64,000 bases of DNA from Octopus vulgaris (GCA_951406725.2 OX597843.1:5580001-5644000), one strand, 5' to 3'; shown: positions 22,709 through 36,596, numbered from the stretch's first letter. The notes: generated by a model from the letters alone, not told the origin. Program-made: numbers and translations.

Positions 22709-25700
22709 CTTGGAGTAGGAAAGAAAGATGAAGGCTGCCTTCCCTCTCTCTCCGTCTAGCTTTCACTCCCTCTCCGCCTTTCTCTATCGTTTACTCTCCC
22801 TTTGTTTGTTTGTCTTTCACCCGCTCTCTTCTGTTACGATAGTGGCGGCGGTGGCGGTTTACTACGGATGTACAGAAGCGCTGTATTTGTAAAATCCAAG
22901 CGAAAACCCGACACTCCTTCGTCGTTGTTTCGTAGATGATATTTGAAACTCAACTCAATTCGTTTTTCTTTCGTTTCATTTATCATGTCCGGGTCATGTA
23001 ATCGAGTTGGCCTAATCCGTTTTCGACATTGCATAACGACATGGTGTTGTATTCTGCCGTGGTTCGGCATTTCACTGCACGGACACGTGTACCTTACCCA
23101 AAATACTCACACACACGACCCTTCATTTCCGGAGCACATAAGTATCTTAATTTATTTCAGTTCCCTTCGATCTGACCAACTGAGCTTGTCTGGTCCATTG
23201 TGAATCACACAGTGTTGTATCTATCATTTGACTTGAGACAGCATTCACCCGGGGTGGGTTGAGCTGGCTTCATTCATCCATCAGATGGTTGAGCATTTCG
23301 CGGGCCGTGTGGGCTCTTCACAAAATGCTCAAATATGAGTAACCATTCAAAGACTGAGCATTTCAGTTGAGGTTGCTGGTCACCCGGGGTGGGTTGAGCT
23401 GGCTTCATTCATCCATCATATGGCTGAGCATTTCGCGGGTTGTGTGGGCTTTTCACAAAATACTCAAATATGAGTAACCAGTCAAAGACTGAGCATTTCA
23501 GTTGAGGTTACTGGTCGTGTTCGGTTTGATCAACTGACCATGCGTAGCTAAATAAGGTGAACCAAATTATTATATTGTGGGGTTAAATATTGCTTATCCG
23601 TGCGTAACCATAAAAAAATTTACCAAGCATGAGTGATATTTCGCTGAGTATATCATTAATTCCAGTTGTGTGTGATTCCTTCAGACGAATTCGCCTACTC
23701 AGTGGTATATTATTATAATTGAGACTACCCTCGAGTACTTCACGAGTACGTATATTCTTAACATAAATCCTTGGAACAGAATCCACATGAAGAAAGGTAA
23801 AAAAAAAAACACTGGATCTTTTGAATTAGATAAAGTTCAATGAGAACGGCTGAAGATTCCGCAGATATGTGTGCCCTTCCTCGAGCAGAAACAGCAAGAA
23901 AAAGTGGGTACTTTGAATTACAGCTGGACTTCAGTGAGCACGTCCGAGTACTCCATAGTCGTACATGTACCCCTGGCGTAATCCACAGGTAGAAATAGCA
24001 CGACTGGTACTCAGGTGTGACAAGATCTGTTCCTTTAAATCACAGGATGCAATCCGTTTTGTACATAACATGGTGTTAAGAAATTCACAATTCTGTCGGT
24101 CCCTTCAAGTAAATCCAATCTTCCAGGCAGAAACGGCGGGTCCTTAAAATTACAGGTAACCAATCCATGCGATGAGCTTCCACGCAGTTTCCCACCAAAC
24201 CGATAACACTCACAAAGTTTTGGGTCAACCCGATTCTATGGTTTTAAAAAAAAAAAACAGTTCGAGGGATGCTATGATGTAAAATCGAACCTGGAACCTT
24301 GTGCTTGCAAAGCGAGCTTCTGCACAGCTTCCATATAACTGATAGCACTCACAAAATTTGAGTCAACTCGGGGCTATGGTAAAAAAAAAAAAAATGTTCA
24401 AGGATGCCATGGTCTACGATCGAACTCAGGACTTTACGATTGAGAAGCGACCTTCTTAACCACTCGACCACTACGTCGTCCAGTGGCGGCCATAATCGTC
24501 CTAACTTAATTCCACAAATATTGTCAAACTCTCTTTATCTTATCCATTTTCTTTCTTAATAAATACATATTTAGGTGTAATTTGCAAAAGAAAATTGGCT
24601 GTTATTTCTAGCAAGCCGAGTGACCACATAGAGGAGGGCTTTTTCCCCTCGTTGACTCGAGCCAATCAGGGAGGCCTGTATGTGGTCGCCCGACATGTTA
24701 GAAATAGCAGCCAAATCTCCCACAAATCACCCCACATCGTTTTTTTAGGGGAAAAAAATAAATAAAAAGGACAAATTAGATGATACAACCCTTGTTACAT
24801 ACAACATGGGTAATAATAATAATAGTAATAATAATAATAATTATAATAATGATAATAATAATAATAATAATAATGATAATAATAATAATAATAAAGAATT
24901 CGTTGTCGGATTAGAAGTGTGCAAGATTTTAAAGGCTCACCTGGGGTTAATTAACAACAGCAATAAGGTAATTTAGGGGGTAGAAAAGAATTTTGGTGAG
25001 AAGAGAAGTGGGGGGGAAGCAAAGATAAAATAAATAAATAAATAAATGTGTGTGTGTGAAATAGTTTTGCCTATTGTAAACTCTGCCGTCCTGAGTTCGA
25101 TTTCCCGGTTGTCGCAGAAAGCCAAAGAGGGCACCTTGGGATGACCAATACCAAAAAAAATTGCGAGTGGTGAACGGAAACTGCGAGGAAGCCCCATATA
25201 TATATAAATGCATATACACACATATATATATATGTTTATATAATGATATATATATATATATGTATATATATGCTTATATCGGGTGGAAAAAAGTGCAGGC
25301 GATCTCTGGTTCTGCACACATCATCGAATGGGTAGAACAATAAAGAAAAAAAATTACCATTTAAACCGGTGCGTCGAACAACAATACCTTGTGGTATTCA
25401 TTCCGCCCGAGTTTCGCACACACTCCCTTCTTCTCTCTTTATTCCCCCACCCCCACCACCGCCACCACCACCACCATCAGGAAAAAAGCAAAAAAATACA
25501 ACTAATCAAAATTTCTGTAATTAATTAATTAAAAAAAAAAAAATGCACCCTTATAGATATCAATTAATGATTGGGACTTCGAAGCATTTTCATAAAAATC
25601 GCATATTTTATTTTTGCGCAAAGTGGGAGGATACAGTCCGTTATTCTGTTTCGTTTTTCGCTTCTTAGGTTTAGTATTCCGGTTTTCTTTTTATATGTAC

Positions 25701-25754
<54 letters not shown>

Positions 25755-25896
25755 ATACGCATATATTAAGCTAAGCTTCAAAACTCTCCCTTAACTAAAA
25801 TTGCTACAATATTTCAGCTTAAGAATTTATTATTATTATTATTAATATTATTATTATTATTATCAGTAAAAGAGTATTATCATTATTATTATTATT

Positions 25897-26114
25897 GGTA
25901 CTATTTAAGAAAAGTGGTCCCGGTGCGCGCACTCGCGTACACGCGCGTCCGTGCTAGCTAGTCGTGACTAGTCGATCCTACAACGACTACCTAGCAAAAT
26001 AAATATAACACAAAACACAAAGTAAATAAATTTTAAAACAAAGTAAATAAAACACAAAAACACGACTAGCTAGCGCGGATGCGCGCACCGGGACCACTTT
26101 TCTTAAATAGTACC
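25897..26114. mobile_element. MITE with ~35-bp TIR GGTACTATTTAAGAAAAGTGGTCCCGGTGCGCGCA
   Basis: Perfect terminal inverted repeats; further copies at 29991-30191 and 26745-26837 (partial). Confidence 0.8.
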
Positions 26115-26124
26115 ATTATTATTA

Positions 26125-26490
26125 TTCTATGTTTGACTTTCGCTTTACATTTGTACAAGTTGTCTCCAAGTCTCACCCAGAAACCTCAAGAGACAACAAG
26201 TTAGAAGTTGGTGTTGGTGTTATGCCTAGGGTGCCATATATTTGGTTTTGTACAGAGTATTGTTCTAGGGAATGTTTAAGAAACCTTAAGAAAATTATGT
26301 TTGTTTTAAAACTTGAAATTACATAGAGAGTATTTTGCGTAGGATATGAGCAGTTCCCTTGAGCACTATCTTTTGAATTTCTGCCATTTTTGGGGTTTCC
26401 TGGTATCTGAACTAGGTAGCAATCAGCCCCTTTTGCTATCATCCCCAGGGCACCTTTGACAACAGGTATTGTTTTAGTGCTATCATTCCC
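26125..26490 (-). mobile_element. R4/Dong-like LINE 3' fragment
   Basis: With a frameshift, the minus strand reads ALGMIAKG...IPGNPK/MAEIQKIVLKGTAHILRK, typical of the C-terminus of RLE-type elements. Confidence 0.55.
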
Positions 26491-27249
26491 AGGGCACCCT
26501 TATTATTATTTATTAATATTATTATTATTTTTATTAATAAACGTCACTGATTGGTTGAAATTGCCGAAATGCAAGACATTTAACAACAAATATCTTACAA
26601 ACTACAGAATTTTCTCAAGAAAGCCAAGAGAAAAAGATGTTTTATAAACACATTCTACCAGTGTACGAAATTAAAAACTTTTTTAGTTTCATACAACTTA
26701 TTTTAAAAATCTGCCGGTCAAAGTGAAAAGATCCTAATTTTTTAAAAATAAAACACAAAAACCCAAAGTAAGGATCGACTAGTCACGACTAGCTAGCGCG
26801 GATGCGCGCTCCGGGACCACTCTTTTTAAGTAGTACCTTCGATATAATTGTAATCTGCATCATCTGATAGTTTATTTGTAGAAAATCTCATTTAAAAATA
26901 TCTGTTTTTCTGAGAGTTATGAGGAAACAAATTCTAGCGGAGATCCACAATTGCGTAAGCGGGCCCCGAGCATCACTGTATCAGTTATCTCCCTTCCTTT
27001 AATGACGTCACTTATACGATGTACAGCTAAACAAATCTCTTTTCTACTGTTGGTCCACTGAAACCCATTCATCAGAATATTATTAAACATTATGCTTTAC
27101 ATCAGGGGATACTAGGGCGATCCTTCGGTATAGGTACCGTAATTACCGGAAGTGGCTTTGGTTACATTTCTGAAGATAACAGAAACCCTTTTCTCCCACC
27201 CCTAACACACACCTTCATATATAAAAAGAACACTTTCTTGAAATACATC

Positions 27250-27650
27250 ACTGGCAGAATCGTTAGCACGACGGGTGAAATGCTTTGCGGTATTTCGTCT
27301 GCCGTTACGTTCTGAGTTCAAATTCCGCCGAGGTCGACTTTGCCTTTCGTCCTTTCGGGGTCGATAAATTAAGTACCAGTTACGCACTGGGGTCGATATT
27401 ATCGACTCAATCCCTTTGTCTGTCCTTGTTTGTCCCCTCTGTGTTTAGCCCCTTGCGGGTAGTAAAGAAATAGGTATTTCGTCTGCCGTTACGTTCTGAG
27501 TTCAAATTCCGCCGAGGTTGACTTTGCCTTTCATCCTTTCAGGGTCGATAAATTAAGTACCAGTTAAGCACTGGGGTCGATATTATCGACTTAATCCCTT
27601 TGTTTGTCCTCTCTGTGTTTAGCCCCTTGTGGGTAGTAAGGAAATAGGTA
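27250..27650 (+). mobile_element. Third SINE family (Nin/Deu-domain-like), tandemly duplicated
   Basis: gcctttcatcctttcggggtcgataaattaagtaccagt occurs twice. A minus-strand copy lies at ~13335-13565. Confidence 0.65.
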
Positions 27651-28045
27651 CCTATACCGAAGTTACCCCATATTAAAGGCATATTCCATTTGTTTATTAA
27701 ATGCTTAGAGGCATTTTGTCCGTAAAGCCCTGGGATTTAGCACTTACATGGCATGGGCTGCTGAGCACATTTTATGAGAATGAGACTACCATTAACACAT
27801 AAAAAACAAAAATTAGTTAAAATATCTCCTTAGTATATAATGGTGGCAAGTTTTATACATCAACGGAAAATTCATTAGTTGAACTATTAGCCCTCTTGCA
27901 CTGTGGTGGGTATCGGAGTGTTTGAGTGACATTAGACCTCGAGAAGTGCCCTTAAATTAAATGCATCTGGGCCACGATCGTGGCCTGTCGCGCTTTGTGT
28001 GTTAAGATCTAGTACAGTACGGTAGGGTATTAAGATATTTTAAAT

Positions 28046-28246
28046 CAGTGCTTTTCAAACTTTTTGCTGGAGCGGAACCCCAAGGGAGCATTCCACTGGC
28101 TCGAGGAACCCCTGTGCAATAATTTAATAGTCTTATGCAAACATATCTGCAAAGGAGAATTAAAAATTACTGCCGATTTTAGCAGTTTTGTAACTTCTTG
28201 CGGAACCCCTGGACTGTACTGGCGGAACCCTGGTTGAAAACCACTG
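28046..28246. mobile_element. hAT-type MITE with 8-bp target-site duplication
   Basis: CAGTGCTTTTCAA...TTGAAAACCACTG flanked on both sides by TTTTAAAT (28038-28045 and 28247-28254). Confidence 0.85.
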
Positions 28247-28699
28247 TTTTAAATGAAGAGGGTGGTCGATGCGGAAGAAGTGACTAAAGGGGGTCGGTGG
28301 TCGAAAAAGTTTGGCGACCCCTGATTTAATGCAACCGTATCTAACGGACTTCTCGTCGGTCCCGTATAAGACGGGGCTGATGGGAGATGCGTTGGAAATG
28401 TAGGAATTGAATAATTGTCTACAAATATGGATTTTGGAATCATCCATGAGTTGGAAGATTAGATACAATATTAGTTAGACAGAGATTGCGGTTTCGAGGC
28501 CAGTTCCACTGAACAATAGCCTGGGGAAACTATTATATTCTTGGGCCGACTGGTACCTTGTTGTGAGTCTAGTTGGAGGTAACTATTTGGAAGCTGAACA
28601 GTAGAGACTTAAAAGAACATTCTTTTACGTTCGTTAGCACTCCTATGGGAAAACTAATTCTGAAATTCTGACAGCTTCGGCCATCCGTAGTTTAGTGGA

Positions 28700-29572
28700 A
28701 TGCGGACAGAGTTGAAAAAGAGAGAGTACGGGAGGGAAAGAAAGAGGAGAGTTAATGTGATAGTGGTGGTAACCAGTTGAGAAACCACTCCCAAAAGGGA
28801 CAAATTTTGACAGTTTTGACCATCCATAGTGTTGGGAGAGAGAGAGGGAAAAGAGGAGTGACAGAGTTTAAGGAGGACAGAAAGACGAGAGGGAAAGAGA
28901 GAAAGAGAAAAATGGATGAAAATGGGAAGAGTGATGGAGAAGAAGAGAGTAATAGAGAGAAAGAGAGTGGAAGAGAAAGTATGAGCGAAAAAAGAGGACA
29001 GAGAGGGAGACAGAAAGAGTATGAGAGGGAAAGAGGAGAAGAGACAAAAAGTATGAGTGGGAGAGAGAGGGAGAAAGAAAGAGTATAAGAAGGAAAGAGA
29101 GGGGGGAAAGAAAGAGTATGCGAGGGAAAGAGAGGGGGAAAGGAGTATGAGAGAGAGAAAAAGGGAAAGAGAGTATAAGAGGGAAAGAGGAGAGGAGACA
29201 AAAAGTATGAGTGGGAGAGAGAGGGAGAAAGAAAGAGTATAAGAAGGAAATAGAGGGGGAAAAGAAAGAGTATGAGAGAGAAACAGAGGGTGAAAAAAAG
29301 AGTTTGCGAGGGAAACAGAGGGGGAAAGGAGTGTGAAAGGTAAAGAGTGAAGAGACACAAAGAGAGTATGAGAGGGAAAGAGGAGAGGAAACACAAAGTA
29401 TGAGTGGGGGAGAGAGGGAGAAAGAAAAAGTATGAGAGAGAAACAGAGGGGGAAGGAGAAAAGAGACACAAAGAGTGTATTAGAGGGAAAGAGGAGAGGA
29501 GACAAAAAGTATGAGTGGGAGAGAGAGAGAGGGGGAGAAAGAAAGAGTAATAGAGGGGAAAGAGAGAGAGTA
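28700..29572. repeat. Purine-rich (GA) degenerate tandem repeat
   Basis: Recurrent gagtatgagagggaaagaggag units; source of the spurious L/S/F-rich ORFs. Confidence 0.85.
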
Positions 29573-29990
29573 GCGAGATAGTGGTTGTGGTGGTGGTTGC
29601 GTCGGTAAGACTCTCGTGCAGTTTCCGCTTCCTGTCCATCAGCTGTGTTCACGCTGGCTTCTTCATGTGGTTGTGAATATGTCGTAGTTTTATATACGCA
29701 TGGCCAACGGAAGAGCTTCCAGTGAGTGTATATAGAATATATATTACATAAATATAGGATCAACAAATAGACAGGGTAGGTATCCCTCGGCATTTAGTAA
29801 TATTTATTATATATCCATGAATTCCCGCGCACATGGTCGATGTTTAACTATATATATGTGTATATATGTATATATATGTATTTAAAGTTGCTTTTTGTGT
29901 TTTCTACGGGTTTCTTGAAGCCCACTTTGTTCCTACACCTTGATTCTTGGATTTTACATTTACACACACACAAACTAAGCGCCGAGAATC

Positions 29991-30191
29991 GGTACTACTT
30001 AAGAAAAGTGTTCCCGGTGCGCGCACTCGCGTACTCGCGCATCCGGGCTAGCTAGTCGTGACTAGTCGATCCTACAACGACTACCTAGCAAAGTAAATAA
30101 AACAAAAACATAAAGTAAGGATCGACTTGTCACGTCTAGCTAGCGCGTGTACGCGTGTGCACTTCCGGGACCACTCTTCTTAAATAGTACC
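29991..30191. mobile_element. MITE, second copy of the 25897-26114 family
   Basis: Same TIRs with a few mismatches. Confidence 0.75.
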
Positions 30192-30566
30192 CCAACGATC
30201 TCTCTATCTTTCATATATTATGTAATTAATTGCGACAGAAGCAATATTGATATCAATATATGGATATTATACATATATACTGACGATCAGTTAGTTATGA
30301 TTTTTATTCAACATATTCCCCTCTCAGATTCACACACTTCCTGCAGCGGTCCTTACGTTTTTTCTAAGCCCTATAAAAGAACTCGGACGGTTGGTCCTCC
30401 AACCAGGCCTTTCACGACACCCTTAAAGCCTGGAACTTTTCAACACCCCCTCGTGTATGTGTATATATATATATATATAAAATTTAATAAGGGTAGAAAT
30501 TGATATTAATCAATTAAAACCAGTGGCTTAGCATATTAAAAAAATCCGAAGATTAAATTTTTTGTT

Positions 30567-30621
<55 letters not shown>

Positions 30622-30920
30622 TAATAAGGGTAGACATTGATAGACTTGTATATTTTGAGCTTGAAAGATTTTTGGAGTCGTAAGGCATCTATATATATAA
30701 AACGAAGAATATGTGTCTGTCTGTGTGAATCCCTAAAACTTGAGAACTACGCTACCAATTACATTCAAATTTTCAACCTCTTGCCTAGGGCGAGCCCACA
30801 ATAATATCATATCTTTACTATTTCAGTATTACGTGTCAAAAATGAAAGAAAACCATCTCTCTATTGTAATGTCAGATGCTTTCACTTTAATACTGAAACT
30901 ATTAAAGTCAAACTATTATA

Positions 30921-33783
30921 TAAGAGGAGCATCACATAATGTGGAAGACAACTGGAGGTTTCTACGGGAAAACCTGCTGAGAGCCACTGACCAGATCTGT
31001 GGCTGGTGCAAAGTCCCCACTCGACCCAAAGTAATGTGGTGGTGGAACGACGTGGTTGACAGGGCTATTAGACAAAAGAAACAGGCTTGGAAGGACGGAG
31101 GTAGCAGGGAAGTGTATCAGACTGCCAGAAGGGAAGCTAGGAGGCAGGTCTATTTAGCCAGAGGGGAAGCAGATAAGAAAAAAAATTGCCAATGTTCTGT
31201 GCCATGAGGACCAAAGACTTGAGGTATTTCGTGTTGCAAGACAGTGTGTGAGAGAGAATCGTGATGTGGTAGGAAAGAAATGTGTTCGCATGGAGGATGG
31301 TTCACTTGCGCTAAATGAGGATGCAAAGAGAGAGGTTTGGAGATGCCATTATGAAAGGTTGCTGAATAAAGAAAATGAATGGGATAAAGAGAGTCTGCCG
31401 AATGTCGACCCAACAGAGGGACCAGCTATCCGAGTTGATAGTTCCTTGGTAGTTAAGGCAATTAGAAGCATGAAGACAGGGAAAGCCCCAGGCTCATTAG
31501 GAATTACTGCAGAGATGCTCAAAATATCTGGCAGTGTCGGCTATAGCCTAGTCATCCGTATAGTTAACCAAGTGATACACTGAGTCATACCCAATGACTG
31601 GTGTAGCAGCATAATAGTCAACTGCTACAAAGGTAAAGGAGACGCCCTAGATACAAATAATTACAGAGGTATCAAGCTGTTGGATCAGGTAATGAAGGTT
31701 ACGGAGAGGGTCATAGCCTAACTGATTAGGGAGAGAGTCAACTTGGACGAGATGCAGTTTGGTTTCGTGCCAGGGAAAAGCACCACTGATGCCATATTTC
31801 TGGTGAGACAGCTGCAGGAGAAATACCTAGCCAAAGATAAGCCCCTGTACCTGGCTTTCGTTGACATGGAGAAAGCCTTTGACAGGGTCCCCCGATCCCT
31901 TATCTGGTGGTCAATGAGGAAACTAGGGATAGATGAATAGCTGGTGAGAGCTGTGCAAGCCATGTACAGGGATGCTGTAAGTAAGGTTAGGGTTGGCAAC
32001 GTGTACACAGAAGAATTCAAGGTAGAAGTTGGGGTCCACCAAGGTTCAGTCCTCAGCTCCCTCCTATTTATCATAGTCCTCCAGGCAATTACGGAGGAAT
32101 TCAAGACAGGTTACTCCTGGGAGCTCCTCTATGCTGACGACCTAGCTCTAATTGCTGAGTCACTATCAGAACTGGAGGAGAAGTTCCAGGTGTGGAAGGA
32201 GGGTTTAGAATCGAGGGGCCTTAGAGTCAACCTAGCTAAAACCAAAGTACTAATAAGTAGGAAGGTAGACAAACCACAAATGTCTTCAGGAACTTGGCCC
32301 TGCTCAATCTGTAGAAAAGGTGTAGGTAGAAACTCTACAAGATGTACCAAGTGTAAGCTATGGACACATAAGAGGTGCAGCAATGTCAAAGGAAGGCTAA
32401 CTAGGAAAATAGTTTTTATCTGTGGCAGATGCTGAGGAGCAATAAACTCTGAAAATCTGCAGAAAACAACTTCCGTCACTTTCCAGGGGGAAAAACTAGA
32501 AGTAGTTGATAGCTTCCGTTATCTAGGTGACCAAGTCAGTAGTGGGGGTGGGTGCGCTGAAAGTGTAACTGCTAGAGTAAGAATAGCCTGGGCAAAGTTC
32601 AAGGAGCTCTTACCTCTGCTGGTGACTAAAGGCTTCTCGCTCAGAGTAAAAGGCAGACTGTATGATGCATGTGTACGAACAGCCATGCTACATGGCAGTG
32701 AAACATGGGCCATGACTGTTGAGGACATGCGTAAGCTCGCGAGGAATGAAGCCAGTATGCTCCGATGGATGTGTAATGTCTGTGCATACTCGACAGAATG
32801 TAAGTACCTTGAGAGAAATGTTGGACTTAAGAAGCATCAGATGTGGTGTGCAAGAGAGACGATTGCGCTGGTATGGTCATGTGGCGAGAATGGATGAAGA
32901 TAGGTGTGTGAAAAAGTGCCAATCCCTAGCAGTTGAGGGAACCCGTGGAAGAGGTAGACCCAGGAAAACCTGGGACGAGGTGGTGAAGCACGACCTTCGA
33001 ACTTTAGGCCTCACCGAGGCAATGACTAGTGACCGAGACCTTTGGAAGTATGCTGTGCATGAAAAGACCAGGCAGGACAAGTGAGTCCAGCCCACTTATG
33101 CATGTCTTTCCTCCCTTGGACACAAAGACCTGTTGAGGCAAGCGAAGTTGATATCGAACCTCATCCGACGACAGGCACCCATGCCAACCTCCCTTCACTG
33201 GACACTAAACTCTGCTTGCAAAGACCTGTTGGGGCAAGTGAAATCGAAATTGAACCAATCCTATGACTGGCACCCGGCAGTTGCCAGGACCGCTGGACTG
33301 ACTCCTGTGCAGGTGGCAAGTGAAGAAACACCATTTCGACCCTCTGCTTGAGGAGATCCATTGAGTCAAGTACACCAACATCAAAATCAATGGAAACTGC
33401 AGTTGTGACCCCTGAGCCGGTGGCACATAAACAGCACCATCTGAAAGTGGCCGATGCCAGCACCGCCTAGACCGGCTTCCGTGCCGGTGGCATGTAAAAA
33501 GCCCCATCCGAATCGTGGCCGATGCCAGTGCCGCCTCGACTGGCTTCCGTGCCGGTGGCACATAAAATGCACCAATCCGATCGTGGCCGTTGCCAGCCTC
33601 GCCTGGCACATAAAAGCACCCACTACACTCACGGAGTGGTTGGCATTAGGAAGGGCATCCAGCTGTAGAAACACTGCCAGATCAGACTGGAGCCTGGTGC
33701 AGCCTTCTGGCTCCCCAGACCCCGGTCGAACCGTCCAACCTATGCTAGCATGGAGAACAGATGTTAAACGATGATGATGATGA
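30921..33783 (+). mobile_element. 5'-truncated, decayed RTE-clade LINE: RT region, Cys-rich insert, 3' UTR with internal tandem repeats, (GAT)n tail
   Basis: Motifs GKAPG, QFGFVPGKSTTDAIF, AFVDMEKAFDRV, GVHQGSVLS, LLYADDL, RLRWYGHV and RGRGRPRKTW. In-frame stops at about 31581, 31938 and 32433, plus frameshifts. Confidence 0.93.
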
Positions 33784-35695
33784 GGAGGAGGAGGAACTGT
33801 AACTGGACATCCATTCTGCTAGCAGAAGATCCGCTATGGTCTTATATACTCCACCACTGGTTTTAAATTCATACTAATCAAATTAATAATCAATTTTTCA
33901 CCCTTATTATTTTAAATCTAAATTTACATATATATATAGATCATCATCATCATCATCGTTTAACGTCCGTTCTCCATGCTAGCATGGGTTGGACGGTTCG
34001 ACCGGGGATCTGGGAAGCCAGAAGGCTGCACCAGGCTCCAGTCTTATCTGGCAATGTTTCTACAGCTGGATGCCCTTCCTAATGCCAACCACTCCGTGAG
34101 TGTAGTGGGTGCTTTTTACGTGCCACCTGCACAGGTGCCAGGCGAGGCTGGCAACGGCCACGGTCGGATTGGTGTATTTTATGTGCCACCGGCACGGAAG
34201 CCAGTCGAGGCAGTGCTGGCATCGGCCACGAGTCAGATAGTGCTTTTTACGTACCACCAGACCAGGGATCCTGGCTGGTTCAATTCGATTTCGATTTCGC
34301 TTGCCCCAACATGTCTTCACAAGCAAAGGGGGTTGGCATGGGTGCCTGTCGTACGGCCGGATTGGTGTATTTTACGTGTCCGGCCGTATGATATATATAT
34401 ATATAGATGTATATATATATAGATGTGTATATATATATAGATAGATGTATATGTATACATGTAGTATGTACACATATATACAGCCATACACACACACATA
34501 CATATATAGGTGCAGGTGTGGCTGTGTGGTAACAAACTTGGTTCCAAAACACATGGTCCTCAGTTCAGTCCCACTGTGTGGTGACTTGGCATGTGTCTTC
34601 TGCTATAGCCTCAGACCAACCAAAGCCTTGTCAATGGATTTTGTAGACAGAAACTGAAAGAAATCAATTGTATATGTAAGTCTATGTGTGTGTGTGTTTG
34701 TGTTTCTCCCTCATCACTGCTTTACAATTGGTGTTTGTTTATTTACATCCCCATAACTTACTAGTGTCACAAGAAGAAACTGATAGAATAAGTACCAGGC
34801 TTATCCAAATAAAAAAAAGCACTAGACAGTGTCTCATATTTTTGTTTGCCTACACAATTTATCTTTGTGTGTGTGTGTATACATACATATATATGTATAC
34901 ATATATGGATTTCATGGACAGTAACTGAAACAAATCAATCATGTATATATATGTATGTTTATATGTAAGTGTATGTGTGTCTTTGTCTCTGTTTTTCGCC
35001 CTCATCACTGCTTCACAACTGGTGTTCGTTTATTTACATCCCCATAACTTACTGGTGTCACCAGAAGAAACTGCTAGAATAAGTACCAGGCTTATCAACA
35101 TAAAAAAAGCACTACCCTGTGTCTCATATTTTTGTTTGCCCACTCAGTTGTATCTATCAATTTATCTTTGGTAGACGGAAACTGAAAGAAGCCCGTCGTA
35201 TATGTATATGTGTGTGTCTGTGTCTGTCTCCCACAACATTGCTTTACAACCGATACTGGTGTGTTTATGTCCCCGTAACTTAGCGGTTCTGCAAAAGAGA
35301 CCGATAGAATAAGTACTAGGCTTACAAAGAATGAGTCCTGGGGTCAATTTGCTCGACTAAAGGCAGTGCTCCAGCATGGCTGCAGTCAAATGACTGAAAC
35401 AAGTAAAAGAGTAAACCATTTTCTTGTGGGACAGTTAGTCAAACTGATCGTGCTGAAGCTCTCCACTTTGTTTAGCTGTTCCAACCGTGACCATCCTGTC
35501 TTTCTTTTTTCTTTCAGATTGTTTTCATCTAGAACCCCTTTGCCTTTGTCCTTCGTATTTCGAAAGAGAAAAAAGACAGTGAAAAGAAGTTTGGCTACTA
35601 TTTCTAGCTGCTCGAGAGACCACCTCGTAAGAAGTAGCCACATTTTTTTTTTTTTTTCCATCCATTCGAGAGGAAGGCCCCCAGGTCCAGGAATA

Positions 35696-35941
35696 ATGGT
35701 TGTCTACCACGACGAGGTTGAAATCGAAGACATGGAATACGACGAAGAGTCCGAACTCTACCACTTCCCGTGTCCGTGCGGCGACCGGTTCGAGATCAGC
35801 TTGGAAGACCTAGAAAACGGTGAAACCGATGCCACTTGCCCCGGCTGTTCCCTGGTCATTAAAGTCATATATGATGTTGAGGACTTCATGCAGACTGAAA
35901 AAGTGAGCCGTGTCCCCAAACTCCAGACGGCCTGCGCTTAA
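35696..35941 (+). CDS. DPH3: Diphthamide biosynthesis protein 3 (DPH3/KTI11, CSL zinc finger), 81 aa, uninterrupted ORF
   Basis: [60 protein letters not shown] contains the CPCGD...CPGCSL signature. ATG context is ataATGG. The longer ORF-track start lies in SINE sequence. Confidence 0.95.
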   Translation: MVVYHDEVEIEDMEYDEESELYHFPCPCGDRFEISLEDLENGETDATCPGCSLVIKVIYDVEDFMQTEKVSRVPKLQTACA

Positions 35942-36545
35942 AGAGGAAAGCCGAAGCAATTGTATAATTTATATTCCAAAGTAAGTATTGTTATTAATCT
36001 TACTAGGCAGTCTTTGACTTTAACGTCCCACTCGGCCAAAGGGCAGTCTTTGACTATAAGCATGTCATTTATTTAGCCAAAATTAAGCTGGTATTGTATA
36101 ATTTATATATCAAAATTTAGCTGGTATTGTATAATTTATATATCAAAGTAAGTATAGTTATTAATCTTACTAGGCAGACATACTTAGTATGTCCTCTAAT
36201 TAATTTTAATCCCTCAGCTAATTAATGCTATTTTTTGGCCTGCTATCGCCTGTGTCATTGATTCTGTTATTATCATTTTTTTAAATAGTACATTGGATAA
36301 TAATAGAATTAATGACACCTTCGCAAATTAATTTTTGGTGAATTATATATACATACATACGACAGGCTTCTTTCAGTTTCCGTCTACCAAATCGACTCAC
36401 AAAGCTTTGGTTGGCGCGATGCTATAGTAGAAGACACTTGCCCAAGGTGCCACGCAGTGGGACTGATCCCAGAACCATGTGTTTTGTAAGCAAGCTCCTT
36501 ACCACACTGCTACTCCTGCGCCTGTATATACTTATTCATACATAC

Positions 36546-36596
<51 letters not shown>

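Noticed and set aside
27030-27078. Minus-strand CTGATGA...GAAA
   Set aside because: No stem II closing pair, stem III or stem I complementarity.
28654-29793. 379-aa and 295-aa L/S/F/P-rich ORFs
   Set aside because: Stop-poor purine/pyrimidine tandem repeat with no domain signal.
35366-35695. 110-aa N-terminal extension of DPH3 in the ORF track
   Set aside because: It starts at a GTG inside a SINE tail and crosses probable splice acceptors; DPH3 similarity begins at ATG 35696.
35896-35910. Internal DPH3 donor (AAA|GTGAGC) giving a DPH3-RFXAP fusion protein
   Set aside because: The donor is phase 0 but the RFXAP exon needs phase 1, and splicing to 41308 reaches a stop within ~40 codons.
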